DNA from: Thermoproteota archaeon
GTDB lineage: Archaea; Thermoproteota; Thermoprotei_A; Sulfolobales; Ignisphaeraceae
Length of the DNA: 19,233 bases
Direction of reading: 5' to 3'
NCBI GenBank assembly: GCA_030550585.1
Contig: JAUQPB010000001.1
Coordinates: 771,250-790,482, forward strand
Within the stretch, counting starts at the first letter, position 1; each line of letters starts with the position of its first letter. Below the pieces are notes generated by a model. It was not told where the DNA came from. It saw only the letters and a program-made list of their open reading frames with translations, and made no database searches. A program made the translations under genes and the position numbers. Below are positions 1 through 9,703 of the stretch, piece by piece.

Positions 1-1
1 T

Positions 2-25
2 GAATCCAATAAATGGAATTGAAAG
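2..25 (+). CRISPR. Single family-A repeat, probably the trailer end of an array continuing left of the window
   Basis: GAATCCAATAAATGGAATTGAAAG, the exact reverse complement of the repeats at 14512-14800; ends in the ATTGAAAG tag. Confidence 0.85.
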
Positions 26-136
26 ACAGAAATGCTTAGAGTTTGACTCATGGTAGACAAGGGCATTCAACTCTCCTTCTGCAACGTGTTATTGAGGGCT
101 TGTACTGAGTTTGCTGAAGTCTGCGTCGCTATGGCC

Positions 137-1753
137 TTAGCCGCCTTTCGCAATTATCTCGTTGATGAGTTCTAGACATGCTGGTATATAGCGTATGTAG
201 ATCTTCCCGTTCTGCTTCTTTACCTCTACAATATTTCTCTCCAATCCGGCGTGCGCATAGAAGTGTCTCTCGTTGGCTTGGCATCTCTGCTCGGGCCTGC
301 TTCTCGCTTTGTGCTCTGCTTCCATGAGTACTTCTCTCAGCTTCTCCCTCGCTATGGCATCTTCAAGGCTCATATTGAGGACTTGGATTATGGTGTTGTA
401 GACTAGCGGCTTGGACAGGTCTACTCCCAGCGTCTCGAGGGCATTCACATGCTTTTCAATGTCTTGCACTTCGTACATGAGGATCTTCGATGCTATTCTA
501 CTGAGCCCCAGCTCCCCACCCAGCTTCTCCAACAGCTCTAGCTCAACCCAGCCCTCCCAAGCTTTGAAGTCGAGCTTGATGGCTTCCCTCAGCCTCTTCA
601 GCAATCTCAGAGCTGAGAGCAGGTCCACGACCCCTGGGGTTACTGCATACTTGTGTTCAACTGTAACCGAGTCTCCCTCTAGCCTCACACTCCTAGAGTA
701 TAGAGCGTCCTTGACCTTGCCCTCGAGGCTGGATATATCCCTCTCGAGCTCTCCCAGGTCTAAGCCGGCCATCCTCGTTAGTATGTATAGAACGAGTCCA
801 TAGCTAGACGCCCTTGTAAGAGCGTTCATCAAGTCTGTGTAGCTTTTGGAGGTGTAGTCTATGACCCTGCTCAGCTCCTGAATTTCCTTCGGCGGCTCAA
901 CCCTCTCGAGCGCTCTCGGCTTTAACTCCTCCATGGAAAGGTCGCTGACTGTCGACTCGAAGAGCTCCAGCGGCTTCTCCTCATACGTTCTAAGCTCAAC
1001 TAGGTGAATGTGTGAGGACTGGCCTGGCTCCTGTACCGGATCGCTATTCACAACAGCTACCACCACTTTCTTCCCCCTCAGCGCACTGTAAAGCCTTATG
1101 GACTTGTGAACAGCCTCTCTGCCAAGCACCGGAAGGTAGTTTACGCCATGGCTTATGTCTAGCACCACCAGGTCTGGGTCTACACAATTGAGAGCATCTG
1201 CTAAATCGATCAACAATGCGGCATATGTGTTGAGCGGCGACCCCCTATAGACAAACCTCCTAAGGTTAGAACATGCCCTGTACACACCAATACCTGGAAG
1301 CACACTAACGCTTGCAGCAAGCTGCTCACCTACCTCCTTAGTGTACATGTCTGTGAATCTCTCTAGAACCCACCTAGCCACCTCCACAACATCATTGTAC
1401 TCGATGTGGTCACTACACAGAGATCCCTCGACACGCCTGCCCACCTCCTCAACGAGCTTAGCCCTTGGATCGCCCTCAACAGCCTTACCTGGTTGCTTAC
1501 CCGAGCTGGGCCTCGGCGGGGTTGCAAGCGTGTCCAAGCCATAGATCCTCAGATGGATCTCGAAGCCCAGCCTCTTCAAGGCAACCGCTTCAACAATAGT
1601 CGTTGAGTAGGAGTCTATACCCTCCCCCGGCACCCAACAACTAGGCTTACCCACACACCTCTTGTCATTGGGCACCACAGGGATGTATCTAGCTCTGTGC
1701 CACCCACCAGGGTAGCCCCACAAACCAATTACCAGTACATTGATATTCGTCAT
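137..1753 (-). CDS. csx1: Csx1-family cOA-activated ribonuclease (CARF + HEPN)
   Basis: CARF motif DISHGVNYLP (DxT/SHGxN) and C-terminal HEPN RxxxxH motif RHFYAHAG; last gene of the operon. ATG at 1753 preferred over the ORF-track start at 1795, which overlaps the upstream gene. Confidence 0.9.
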   Translation of the reverse strand: MTNINVLVIGLWGYPGGWHRARYIPVVPNDKRCVGKPSCWVPGEGIDSYSTTIVEAVALKRLGFEIHLRIYGLDTLATPPRPSSGKQPGKAVEGDPRAKLVEEVGRRVEGSLCSDHIEYNDVVEVARWVLERFTDMYTKEVGEQLAASVSVLPGIGVYRACSNLRRFVYRGSPLNTYAALLIDLADALNCVDPDLVVLDISHGVNYLPVLGREAVHKSIRLYSALRGKKVVVAVVNSDPVQEPGQSSHIHLVELRTYEEKPLELFESTVSDLSMEELKPRALERVEPPKEIQELSRVIDYTSKSYTDLMNALTRASSYGLVLYILTRMAGLDLGELERDISSLEGKVKDALYSRSVRLEGDSVTVEHKYAVTPGVVDLLSALRLLKRLREAIKLDFKAWEGWVELELLEKLGGELGLSRIASKILMYEVQDIEKHVNALETLGVDLSKPLVYNTIIQVLNMSLEDAIAREKLREVLMEAEHKARSRPEQRCQANERHFYAHAGLERNIVEVKKQNGKIYIRYIPACLELINEIIAKGG

Positions 1754-1766
1754 GGCGCTATCGCGA

Positions 1767-2729
1767 CTAGGCGAACTCTTTAAGCAGTTCGCCAAGAGGT
1801 TTCTGAGCTAGGTTCTCGATATTTATCAGCGCATCAAGTAGTTTTGTTTTGTCGTTAATGGTATTCAGATCTATGTATATCCCTCTACTGTTTTCAAGAT
1901 CTAGGAAAAGCTTGCCAACGCCTATAGACTTCGCACCTCCAATAGATATCCCCACCTTGTTTAGATATTCTAGCACAGCTCTAAGCATTCTAAGCTCTGG
2001 GCCACCTCTTACAACATTCTTTATGGTTATATCTATCGATAGAGAGTCTAATGCTGCGTACTCTCGTGTGTATAGCCGTTGGGGCATTGCTGTAGAGCTC
2101 TGGCGAGAGATAGATACATGGGTAACCATATGCGTAGAAACTATGTGTGGCTCTACCCTAAGCACAGATATCTTGGATCCCAGACCAGGGCCTCCGAAGA
2201 GCCTGCATATCGGGCACAGAGCTGAGAGCACCGGCTCTAGCTCTCTAGGTATTTTGTCGAGGCTATCAACACCCCCCATTATATTCGAAATCTCTGTAGC
2301 GGCATCATCGGTTAAGAAATGCCTGTAGAGATCTCTGTTACTGGTTAATACCTTGACTAAGTTCTTGACGAGGCTTAGGTACTCATCTCCGCGAGGAGAA
2401 CATATATGTCTGATTATATCTTCCTCAGGTTCGCAGTGTGCCTCAGCGAAGATTCTGTCGGCTGTGTCTCCAAACGCGTTGAGAGACGCCTTGGCAATGG
2501 ATTCTGCAGCTGATCTGAGAGCCCCTATGAAACTCGATGCAGGTATGTAGATCTCGTCACCAACTCTGAATACTGGGGTGTATGCCGCCCCCCTCTCCGA
2601 GGCTATATGCACTAGCCCAAGACTGTTAAGGGGCTTGAACACCAGCTTTAGGTAGAGCACAGTGTTCAGCTTTTTCTCTCGCTCAATAAACTCTCTCAGC
2701 CTATTGCCAACAATGTTGGCGTCCATCAC
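1767..2729 (-). CDS. cas7: Cas7-group RAMP subunit, probably non-catalytic
   Basis: YIPASSFIGALRS, CPICRLFG and G-rich loop IGGAKSIGVGK; no Asp at the usual Csm3 catalytic position. Confidence 0.85.
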   Translation of the reverse strand: MMDANIVGNRLREFIEREKKLNTVLYLKLVFKPLNSLGLVHIASERGAAYTPVFRVGDEIYIPASSFIGALRSAAESIAKASLNAFGDTADRIFAEAHCEPEEDIIRHICSPRGDEYLSLVKNLVKVLTSNRDLYRHFLTDDAATEISNIMGGVDSLDKIPRELEPVLSALCPICRLFGGPGLGSKISVLRVEPHIVSTHMVTHVSISRQSSTAMPQRLYTREYAALDSLSIDITIKNVVRGGPELRMLRAVLEYLNKVGISIGGAKSIGVGKLFLDLENSRGIYIDLNTINDKTKLLDALINIENLAQKPLGELLKEFA

Positions 2730-2730
2730 T

Positions 2731-3924
2731 TTACACCACCTCTACAAAATCTTGTCTAACGAACTTGACGAAGTTGAATCCCTGAGACGATAAGCTGTTG
2801 AATCCTGTCGCTACTGTATAGGCTAGAAGCTCATGGTTGTACACACGCAGTATCTCAGCCACAGCCAGGGTTCCAGGGCTGTTAACCTCCACAGGCAGCT
2901 TTGGTAGCCCAGTTCTATAAGACCACCCATAATACTTTGTTGTATGTCTGCCGATAACAGCGCGAATCTTTATCACAGCAGCTGTTGATCCAAAGACCTT
3001 CACAGTTATTTCATCACCTGTCATCACAGGTCCTGGCACACCATCTATGTTTAGCATTGGTGATGCAGCGTAGAGTACATATAGTTTGTTGCCTAGGTCA
3101 AATGGGTCAATGACTTTTGATTGGTCTATACTCTCTATGCATAGTCTCGATATCCCGAACCCCCGCCCAACACCTCTGCCAACTCTAACAACTAGGCAGC
3201 TCTTATCATAGGATTTGAGCGCGTCAGCTATAGGCGAACCACTTTGAGTCGCTATAAGCCCTACAAACGTGTTGCCAGGCTCTATGTACTCGTACGCATA
3301 GAGAGCCCCCGAAGCCGCGCTTCCGCGGGCTCTATCAACAGCTGTCTCTACGTAGATACTTGTGCTCGGCTCCGATACCACCCATCCACCAGCATCCCTA
3401 ACTATTGTGCTTCCACAGGCACTTTTCATCTCCGTAGAGGACTTTAGCACCTCAATTGGGTTGCTAACAGCGTTTTTGAATGCCTTTACATCTGTGTTGA
3501 GTGTGACATTAAATATCAGCTCCTTCAGAGCTTCTTCCACACCATATTTCCCTGTTTCAATGTATTGTAGGAGCCTGTCTATGCCGAAGCTCAGCACCCT
3601 GGGGGATCCAGTCGCGTGCTTGAACATAAATGTGAGTGCATGTGCAAATGCCACGTCTTTGATTGGTATAGCTGTATCGGCTTTTTCGCGGGGTACATGT
3701 AGAGCCGGAGTCACACTGTGGCTTGGATTTAGAGACTCGCGGTGAGCGTCTGCACTTGTTATAGCGTTTTCACTTAGAAGCTGTGAGAATAGAGCGCCTC
3801 TAACCACCGAGCCCAATATGTATTTGGATACGGTGGTGTAGCTCATGCCTCTGTAGCCCTGGGCGGAGGTCACGATGGCGGGCGTCAACAGCTCTAGTCT
3901 ATACCTATATAACCCTATCTCCAT
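2731..3924 (-). CDS. cas5: Cas5-group RAMP (Csx10/Csm4-like)
   Basis: YILGSVVRGAL, TAVDRARGSA..GALY, internal G-loop VGRGVGRGFG and second RRM ending SQGFN; RBS GGAGGTG before ATG 3924. Confidence 0.8.
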   Translation of the reverse strand: MEIGLYRYRLELLTPAIVTSAQGYRGMSYTTVSKYILGSVVRGALFSQLLSENAITSADAHRESLNPSHSVTPALHVPREKADTAIPIKDVAFAHALTFMFKHATGSPRVLSFGIDRLLQYIETGKYGVEEALKELIFNVTLNTDVKAFKNAVSNPIEVLKSSTEMKSACGSTIVRDAGGWVVSEPSTSIYVETAVDRARGSAASGALYAYEYIEPGNTFVGLIATQSGSPIADALKSYDKSCLVVRVGRGVGRGFGISRLCIESIDQSKVIDPFDLGNKLYVLYAASPMLNIDGVPGPVMTGDEITVKVFGSTAAVIKIRAVIGRHTTKYYGWSYRTGLPKLPVEVNSPGTLAVAEILRVYNHELLAYTVATGFNSLSSQGFNFVKFVRQDFVEVV

Positions 3925-3933
3925 ATCCACCTC

Positions 3934-4638
3934 CTAAGAAACCTGGGTAACGGAGAGCACGTATTTTACATTCTCATCTTCTGCAATGTCCGGAGGCTCA
4001 ATCTTTAAGATGTAGCTCTTTGCCGACGACCTTCTACCCACATACTTGTAGCGTAGCATAGCTATCGCTACGGTTAGTAGCCTAGCCACATCAGTAAGCT
4101 CGCTGAAATCGGCTGACTCGTACATTATCTCCCCATAGAACAGGGTTGCTGGGACAACCCTAAGCTCTTTGAACAAAGCTCCTTTGGCAGCTCTAGCACA
4201 TCTGTCGTCTAGCCTCACATGGGGCTCGATATAGGTACTTGGAGACAGTAGAGTGCTGTCCTTGAACAGATAGGCCATTGGCTCATCGTTTGCCAGTGAC
4301 TTAGCCGACTCCACATCTTTAACTGGGTAGAGAGGGCCGAACATGGTTGGCGACGGCACTACAGCAACTTTGTCGCTAAATGGTGTTAGGGGCCCAAATA
4401 CCTTCAATATGATGTCTCTGCTCTGCACAATGCCTACTCTAGTGAGGTGGTCAAAAACCTCCTCAGCTGCTCTCCTCAGAACCCCCTTGATGTAGGTGTG
4501 TGGTATACAGAGAACCTCGCCTACTCGTGCATGCCTACAGGTTGTTGTAACAACATTTGCTTCGAGAAGCCCTTTGCCACTGCCCCACAGCCCACCACCC
4601 TCAAGCTTGAGCAAATAACATATTCTGAGACGAGCCAT
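3934..4638 (-). CDS. cas7: Short Cas7-group RAMP subunit
   Basis: CIPHTYIKGVLRR, VFG, HVRLDDRCARAAKGALF, reduced G-loop (YVGRRS); ATG 4638 follows GGTGG at the cas10 stop. Confidence 0.8.
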   Translation of the reverse strand: MARLRICYLLKLEGGGLWGSGKGLLEANVVTTTCRHARVGEVLCIPHTYIKGVLRRAAEEVFDHLTRVGIVQSRDIILKVFGPLTPFSDKVAVVPSPTMFGPLYPVKDVESAKSLANDEPMAYLFKDSTLLSPSTYIEPHVRLDDRCARAAKGALFKELRVVPATLFYGEIMYESADFSELTDVARLLTVAIAMLRYKYVGRRSSAKSYILKIEPPDIAEDENVKYVLSVTQVS

Positions 4639-4642
4639 TGCA

Positions 4643-7468
4643 TCAACCACCAATGACTATTTCGACAAGGTTGTAGATGTCGAATAGAGGTGGCATATCT
4701 TTGCAGAGAAGCGATAGTCTTGCCATGCCCTGGTAAACACCTCTGCTCCTCTCCTCAACGCGGTTAGACTCTCTAGCTAGGTATAGACCTAGGATGAGGT
4801 TGTTAGCCCCGTGGTCATGGACGACGGTCATGGCCTCTTGTACCAATGACTCTATGTCCCGCAGAACATTCTTCAGACCCACTTTGCTGACTAGCTGTAT
4901 AAGGATCTCCGTAGCTGTGCCCAGGTCATCGACTCTCTTCCCAATTCCTTGGCTTAGAAGCGCATCGAGAACTGTTAGCATGTCGTCGCAGCCCACACCC
5001 ACACCCCTCTGAACAGTTGCTACGAAAGGTTGTTGACTCAGTCTATAGCCGGTAGCAGAGTACTTTTTGAAGAGCTGTGCAACCTCTGTCTCGAAGAGCT
5101 GCCACTCGCTTTTGATGAAAGATACGGTGGCAACGAGCTTCGGGCCCAGCTTAAACACCCTCTCTTCTCGGAATCTAGACTTGCACCTCTTGAGTAGGTA
5201 CTCAGCTGCGTCGAGGACATTCCATATGTTGTGTTTGGGCTTGGCAGCTGCTATAGCTATAGACAGGCTGAGCTCGCCGCCATTCAATCTCCAGAAGGTC
5301 TCGGCTATGGCTAGGGCCAGCGGCAGAGCTACGCTGGAGGGCCATATAGCAAGCATATCGTCTCCACCAGCATATAGAGTACCTGCGAAAACCCTGGTAG
5401 CAATCTTGTCGAACTCGTCGATATTGCCAATACCGTTCCTGAGCCTTTGAAGCGCTGCTAGGAACCCCAGCTTCAAACCCATATCTATTCTAATGCTTCT
5501 GCACATAGCCTCAGCAATGTTTAGTGCCGACGCCATGTACTGCCCAGCGGCATTTCCATCAACTTTAACTATAGCGATCTTGCGCTGCTCAACACCAAGC
5601 CTACCTAGCTCAACTCCTGAGAGCCAGGAGATGAGGTATTGATACACCTCCTTAACCCTGTTCTTCTCGATTATATCTCTAGCCTCTCTATAGCCTAGGG
5701 AGGCTAGGTACCCGAGCTTCGTTCTTATATACATGCCTGTGCCAAGGTCGTGCAGATCCCTGCACTCAGAACACACATACTCGCCGTTGAGATTCACTGT
5801 AGCCGGCCTCCGTCTACAGTACTCGCATAGCACCTCATACCCCGTCTCAGTCAATCTTCTCATTGTCCTGCGAAGCTCTTTCCTTGCTGCAAGTTCGGCA
5901 ACAGCTCTTCTAATGGACCAGCCCCAACTGGATTTAAGCTCCGATAAAGCGTAGGTCAAATCGATGTCGAAGCCAACTAGGCTCTTAACGTACTCAGCAA
6001 CCTTCTCAACATCTCTATCTGTGGTGCGCGACGGGGCAAAGGCTATTACAAAGCCCCCGCCTGCATAGACTATAGCGTCTAGCGAGAGACTGAGCTTCTC
6101 GATTATCGCTCTGGGGATGGCATATACCGTGCAGGCGTCTATCACAAAGCTTGCAGCTGTTAGTATTCTAAGCGACTCCCTCTTTATGAAGCTCTGAATC
6201 CCTGCCACATCAACTACCAGCAGCTTGACCTCCTCTATGCTTGACCCAGGATCCTCGAGGAGGTCAGAGGGTATCAGCCGGGCTTTGAGGCTCCCAGCTA
6301 TCTTCTCTACAACACTGCTGTACAAGTCGTTAGGCATAGAGAGCCAGGCATCCCATATCTTGGGCCCTGTCCCTGCAAAAAGATCCTCAACCTTTAGCCC
6401 ACGCCCTTCAGCATATTTGGCGAGGGTGTCATGTACAATAGATGCGAAGTACTTGCTAAGCCTATCGATATTCGAAGACCTCTGGTCAGCTTTGCTTAGA
6501 ATCTCTCCTAGCTCCTTTAGTTTCACCTCCAATCCCAAACCATCTAGCTTAAATGAGCTTGGCAACTTCTCTACATCGTGATGCTTCTCTATGAGTTCAC
6601 AAAGAGCTTTGTAGACCTCGCCCAAGCCCAGCCCAGACAAGAAGTCTTTGAGTCTGCTCTTCTCGATTAGCTCAACAGACTTCGCAGCATGGCTTACATA
6701 AACCCTATTTCTGTAGATCTCAACCCAGCTAGCGGGCTTGCCTATATCGTGTAGAAGCGCAGCTAGTCTAAGCAAAGCCAGCTCCAGTCTATGTTGCTTA
6801 TTCTTCTGGAGGGAATCCCAATATTTGTTGACATACATTGCTACAGCCAGTCCTGTTGTGGCAATGGTGTGCGGGATTAGCTTAGATATGCTACACCCAG
6901 GCCTAGTATCTGAAGGCAAATTCAATAAGAGGTCGAGCCTCTCGAGAGCCTCTTTCATGTCCTGCGGTGGAGCCACAATTTCTCCGAAGTGCTTCACAAA
7001 CTCGTTGATGGCCCCAGCAACCTTCTCGTAATCAAACTCTTTGGCTAACCCCCTCAAACTCCTGCCTTCACCCAGTATCTCCCGCATAACAGCTGTGTCT
7101 CTACCCATAATCCATGCGTAGAGCAGGTCTTGTGGAGACGGTGTCACAGCGCCGACCACTCCCTGAAGCTGTACCGGGGGTGTCAGCGGGGTTACGAAGT
7201 ATCTGCGAAAGGCTATCGATATAGCGTCGGCGAGCCTCTCAAGCAAGCATATCGCTAGGTCTACCCCCTGCAAGTCTCTGCAAATCCTAAACGCCTGTTC
7301 CACACCTTGGAAGAGCGTTGAGACAGCGTTGACAGCAGACTCAACTAATCCAAGCAGCTTTTTCCCATAGTTCGAGAGCTTCTCCAGACTCACACTAGTT
7401 ATATAGGTCTGTTGTCCAGTCTCATCGATGAGGGGGGACTGGTGTGTCACAACTATGTACTCGCTCAT
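4643..7468 (-). CDS. cas10: Cas10 large subunit with HD nuclease and cyclase palm domains
   Basis: PSDTRPG..LIPH, LLHDIGKP, SHA, KHHD, ADQRSS (HD); DVAGIQSFI and YAGGG (palm 1); CEYC..CSEC Zn finger; KVDGN and YAGGDD (palm 2); RBS AAGGTG. Confidence 0.95.
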   Translation of the reverse strand: MSEYIVVTHQSPLIDETGQQTYITSVSLEKLSNYGKKLLGLVESAVNAVSTLFQGVEQAFRICRDLQGVDLAICLLERLADAISIAFRRYFVTPLTPPVQLQGVVGAVTPSPQDLLYAWIMGRDTAVMREILGEGRSLRGLAKEFDYEKVAGAINEFVKHFGEIVAPPQDMKEALERLDLLLNLPSDTRPGCSISKLIPHTIATTGLAVAMYVNKYWDSLQKNKQHRLELALLRLAALLHDIGKPASWVEIYRNRVYVSHAAKSVELIEKSRLKDFLSGLGLGEVYKALCELIEKHHDVEKLPSSFKLDGLGLEVKLKELGEILSKADQRSSNIDRLSKYFASIVHDTLAKYAEGRGLKVEDLFAGTGPKIWDAWLSMPNDLYSSVVEKIAGSLKARLIPSDLLEDPGSSIEEVKLLVVDVAGIQSFIKRESLRILTAASFVIDACTVYAIPRAIIEKLSLSLDAIVYAGGGFVIAFAPSRTTDRDVEKVAEYVKSLVGFDIDLTYALSELKSSWGWSIRRAVAELAARKELRRTMRRLTETGYEVLCEYCRRRPATVNLNGEYVCSECRDLHDLGTGMYIRTKLGYLASLGYREARDIIEKNRVKEVYQYLISWLSGVELGRLGVEQRKIAIVKVDGNAAGQYMASALNIAEAMCRSIRIDMGLKLGFLAALQRLRNGIGNIDEFDKIATRVFAGTLYAGGDDMLAIWPSSVALPLALAIAETFWRLNGGELSLSIAIAAAKPKHNIWNVLDAAEYLLKRCKSRFREERVFKLGPKLVATVSFIKSEWQLFETEVAQLFKKYSATGYRLSQQPFVATVQRGVGVGCDDMLTVLDALLSQGIGKRVDDLGTATEILIQLVSKVGLKNVLRDIESLVQEAMTVVHDHGANNLILGLYLARESNRVEERSRGVYQGMARLSLLCKDMPPLFDIYNLVEIVIGG

Positions 7469-7480
7469 CTATTCACACCT

Positions 7481-7789
7481 TCACAGTTTGGTCGATAGAT
7501 TCTCTGCTGACCTATAGTCTCTCCTTAGAACAGATTGGCTGTCGAAGACATACGGGCATTCCACACTATATCTGCCAACTCGATCGCCTCCAGATATAAC
7601 GTGGTATATGCACACCTCTCTACCCTTGTCCGATCTCTCTTTCGTCACTACTATGGCTAGCTTACTCCTCTTCACATCGCTAATCACATTGTTGTCCACG
7701 GTGCAGACAACTTGGCCTCTAGACGATAGGTCGTCGTCGTAAAAGACTATGAAGGCCTTCTTACCTAGGAGCTCCCCCTCGAAACTCAC
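7481..7789 (-). CDS. Small beta-rich hypothetical protein inside the effector operon (possible Csx19-like subunit)
   Basis: 102 aa; GTG start overlaps the upstream TGA; ends 12 nt before the cas10 ATG; no motif recognised. Confidence 0.7.
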   Translation of the reverse strand: MSFEGELLGKKAFIVFYDDDLSSRGQVVCTVDNNVISDVKRSKLAIVVTKERSDKGREVCIYHVISGGDRVGRYSVECPYVFDSQSVLRRDYRSAENLSTKL

Positions 7790-8802
7790 TTCGCAACCAC
7801 CTTGTCTCTTACATCAGCTTCTGAAAATCCGTGTAGTTGCGATAGCTGGGGGTACCTGGTGAGGGCTGCATCAATGGCCATGTCAATGAGTTTCTGCAAC
7901 TCCTTTTCTCTGCAAACAATTTCGATGTGCTCGGCACTGCAGTTCAGTCCCCACTTGGCGAGGGTCTCGGCGAATCGAAGTGGAGCTCTGAGCACTGCAA
8001 CCATGAATCTCGCTTTGCCCATGTCGGGATACGCATATTTGTGTTTGCCGATGAGCACCGGTATGCCGATGGAGCTGCCCTTAGCTATGCCCATTGATAT
8101 GAGCAGCGCCCCTATCTCCTCAAGCTTGAGTGCAGAGAACATGATTGAGCCTTTGAGTCTAGTGCCCGGCTTTATTGCATAGACCTTTTCCCCGTATGGC
8201 AGATCCCTCTTCTCGTAAGCTTCTAGACCACAACAGAAGTTGCTTGGCATAACCCTTCCCACAACCCCTGGAGCACCAAAGATGTCGCAGACAACACATA
8301 TTGTATAGTCTTGCGTCTCTATAGGATTGCAATATGGGCCTCGATTCTCTGAAACTGCTTTCCAGATTCTTGCATGTCTCCAGCCGTGGGCGCCTGGTGG
8401 TGGAGGTGATGTAATTGGCTTGACATCGCTTCGCATACAAGATATAGCCGAGCCATCTTTGGCATGGCATAGCTCTAGCCTAGCCCTTAAGAGACCCTTT
8501 ATTGTGGAGCCCGGTATACACACACTATCTCCATAAACAACGTTGTCTATATAGTCGAGAGCAACATACGATGAAACCCTCTGCAACGCTTTTATATCAC
8601 CTTTAATGAGAGCTTCTTCAACAGTATTTAGCAGGCTAGCAGCTGTTTTAATGTCGATTAGACGCTCCAGCCTCTCCCTACCCATAGACACATGGATATA
8701 TGAAAGAGCCTCTATCTCAGCCTCGATAACGCCGCTGAGTGTCCCCTCCACCTCTATATCTCTTACAGTAAAAGCCTTTCTGGTCACAGCTATACTAGAC
8801 AT
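7786..8802 (-). CDS. cas7: Cas7-group RAMP subunit with helical insertion
   Basis: CIPGSTIKGLLRAR, CVVCDIFG, variant G-loop IGKHKYAYPDMGK; RBS GGAGGTG before ATG 8802. Confidence 0.85.
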   Translation of the reverse strand: MSSIAVTRKAFTVRDIEVEGTLSGVIEAEIEALSYIHVSMGRERLERLIDIKTAASLLNTVEEALIKGDIKALQRVSSYVALDYIDNVVYGDSVCIPGSTIKGLLRARLELCHAKDGSAISCMRSDVKPITSPPPPGAHGWRHARIWKAVSENRGPYCNPIETQDYTICVVCDIFGAPGVVGRVMPSNFCCGLEAYEKRDLPYGEKVYAIKPGTRLKGSIMFSALKLEEIGALLISMGIAKGSSIGIPVLIGKHKYAYPDMGKARFMVAVLRAPLRFAETLAKWGLNCSAEHIEIVCREKELQKLIDMAIDAALTRYPQLSQLHGFSEADVRDKVVAK

Positions 8803-9701
8803 GAGCTCCACCTCCAACCACTTTCAGACACCTTCCTAAGCTTCTGCAATGCACCTCTCCAAGCATTGGCAAAGTTCTTGAGCGTCTCCAGCCAGCTGCT
8901 CTCCACCACCTTTACATCCACGTCCAACGGATCGAGAGCCGGTATAGAGTCTTTAAGTTCCGCACCCCCTCTATAGTCATAGCCATAAACTTTCAGATTC
9001 TCGATTTTGACCCAGCCAAAGCCCCGTGTCTTGAGGCCTCCAATCTTCAGAAGACCCATGTGCATATCCAGTAGGGACTCTGCAACAACGCCAATTGCAT
9101 AGTTGGGTAGATTAACAAACTCTACTCTGAAGCTAAATTTGGCACCAGGCTCCACATACTCAACACTGAACAGAGCCCTGGGTTTTGCCGTACCAGTCCT
9201 CCTATCGATTGCAACCATAGTTCTATAGCCAAGTCTGTACCCATCAGTGGGGTAGCTGTCGTAGAACCTGATATGCGAGGCTAGGCCAGGGGAGCCAAAC
9301 ATTAGGCATGCCAAGCATATAGGCTTAGGTAACGCATTAGCTATGTTCTCCACAAGGCTCTCATAAGAAGCCCTATGCTTTTCAAGCTCCTCAAACTCAT
9401 CTCCTTTGAGACATGTATCCCCGGGCACACCACCACAAACAGCAAGCTCTGCACTCCTCATCAATTTAACGACATAGCTTCTGAAAACCCCTTTCAGTGA
9501 CGAGCCAGGGATATAGGGGATGCTTTTGCCGTCAGCCGTGGTTATCTTGACAACCACCAGGTCTACAGGCTCGAAAGTAGCTGCAGCACGACCAGCCCCG
9601 ACCCTGAGCGGCTCAATATTTGTTATAGTGCCCTCAAACACCACCCTTCTAACCAGCTTGTGAAGCCCAAACCATTCAAAAGCCTTGGCAGCTACACTCA
9701 C
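8790..9701 (-). CDS. csm3: Cas7 (Csm3) backbone subunit
   Basis: PLRVGAG, candidate catalytic Asp in EPVDLVV, PYIPGSSLKGVFRS, CLACLMFG, AIDRRTGTA, IGGLKTRGFG; RBS GAGGTG before GTG 9701. Confidence 0.92.
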   Translation of the reverse strand: MSVAAKAFEWFGLHKLVRRVVFEGTITNIEPLRVGAGRAAATFEPVDLVVVKITTADGKSIPYIPGSSLKGVFRSYVVKLMRSAELAVCGGVPGDTCLKGDEFEELEKHRASYESLVENIANALPKPICLACLMFGSPGLASHIRFYDSYPTDGYRLGYRTMVAIDRRTGTAKPRALFSVEYVEPGAKFSFRVEFVNLPNYAIGVVAESLLDMHMGLLKIGGLKTRGFGWVKIENLKVYGYDYRGGAELKDSIPALDPLDVDVKVVESSWLETLKNFANAWRGALQKLRKVSESGWRWSSCLV

Positions 9702-9703
9702 TT

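Noticed and set aside
63-86. Possible degenerate family-A trailer repeat 37 nt after the repeat at 2-25
   Set aside because: Spacing fits but only 10/24 positions match.
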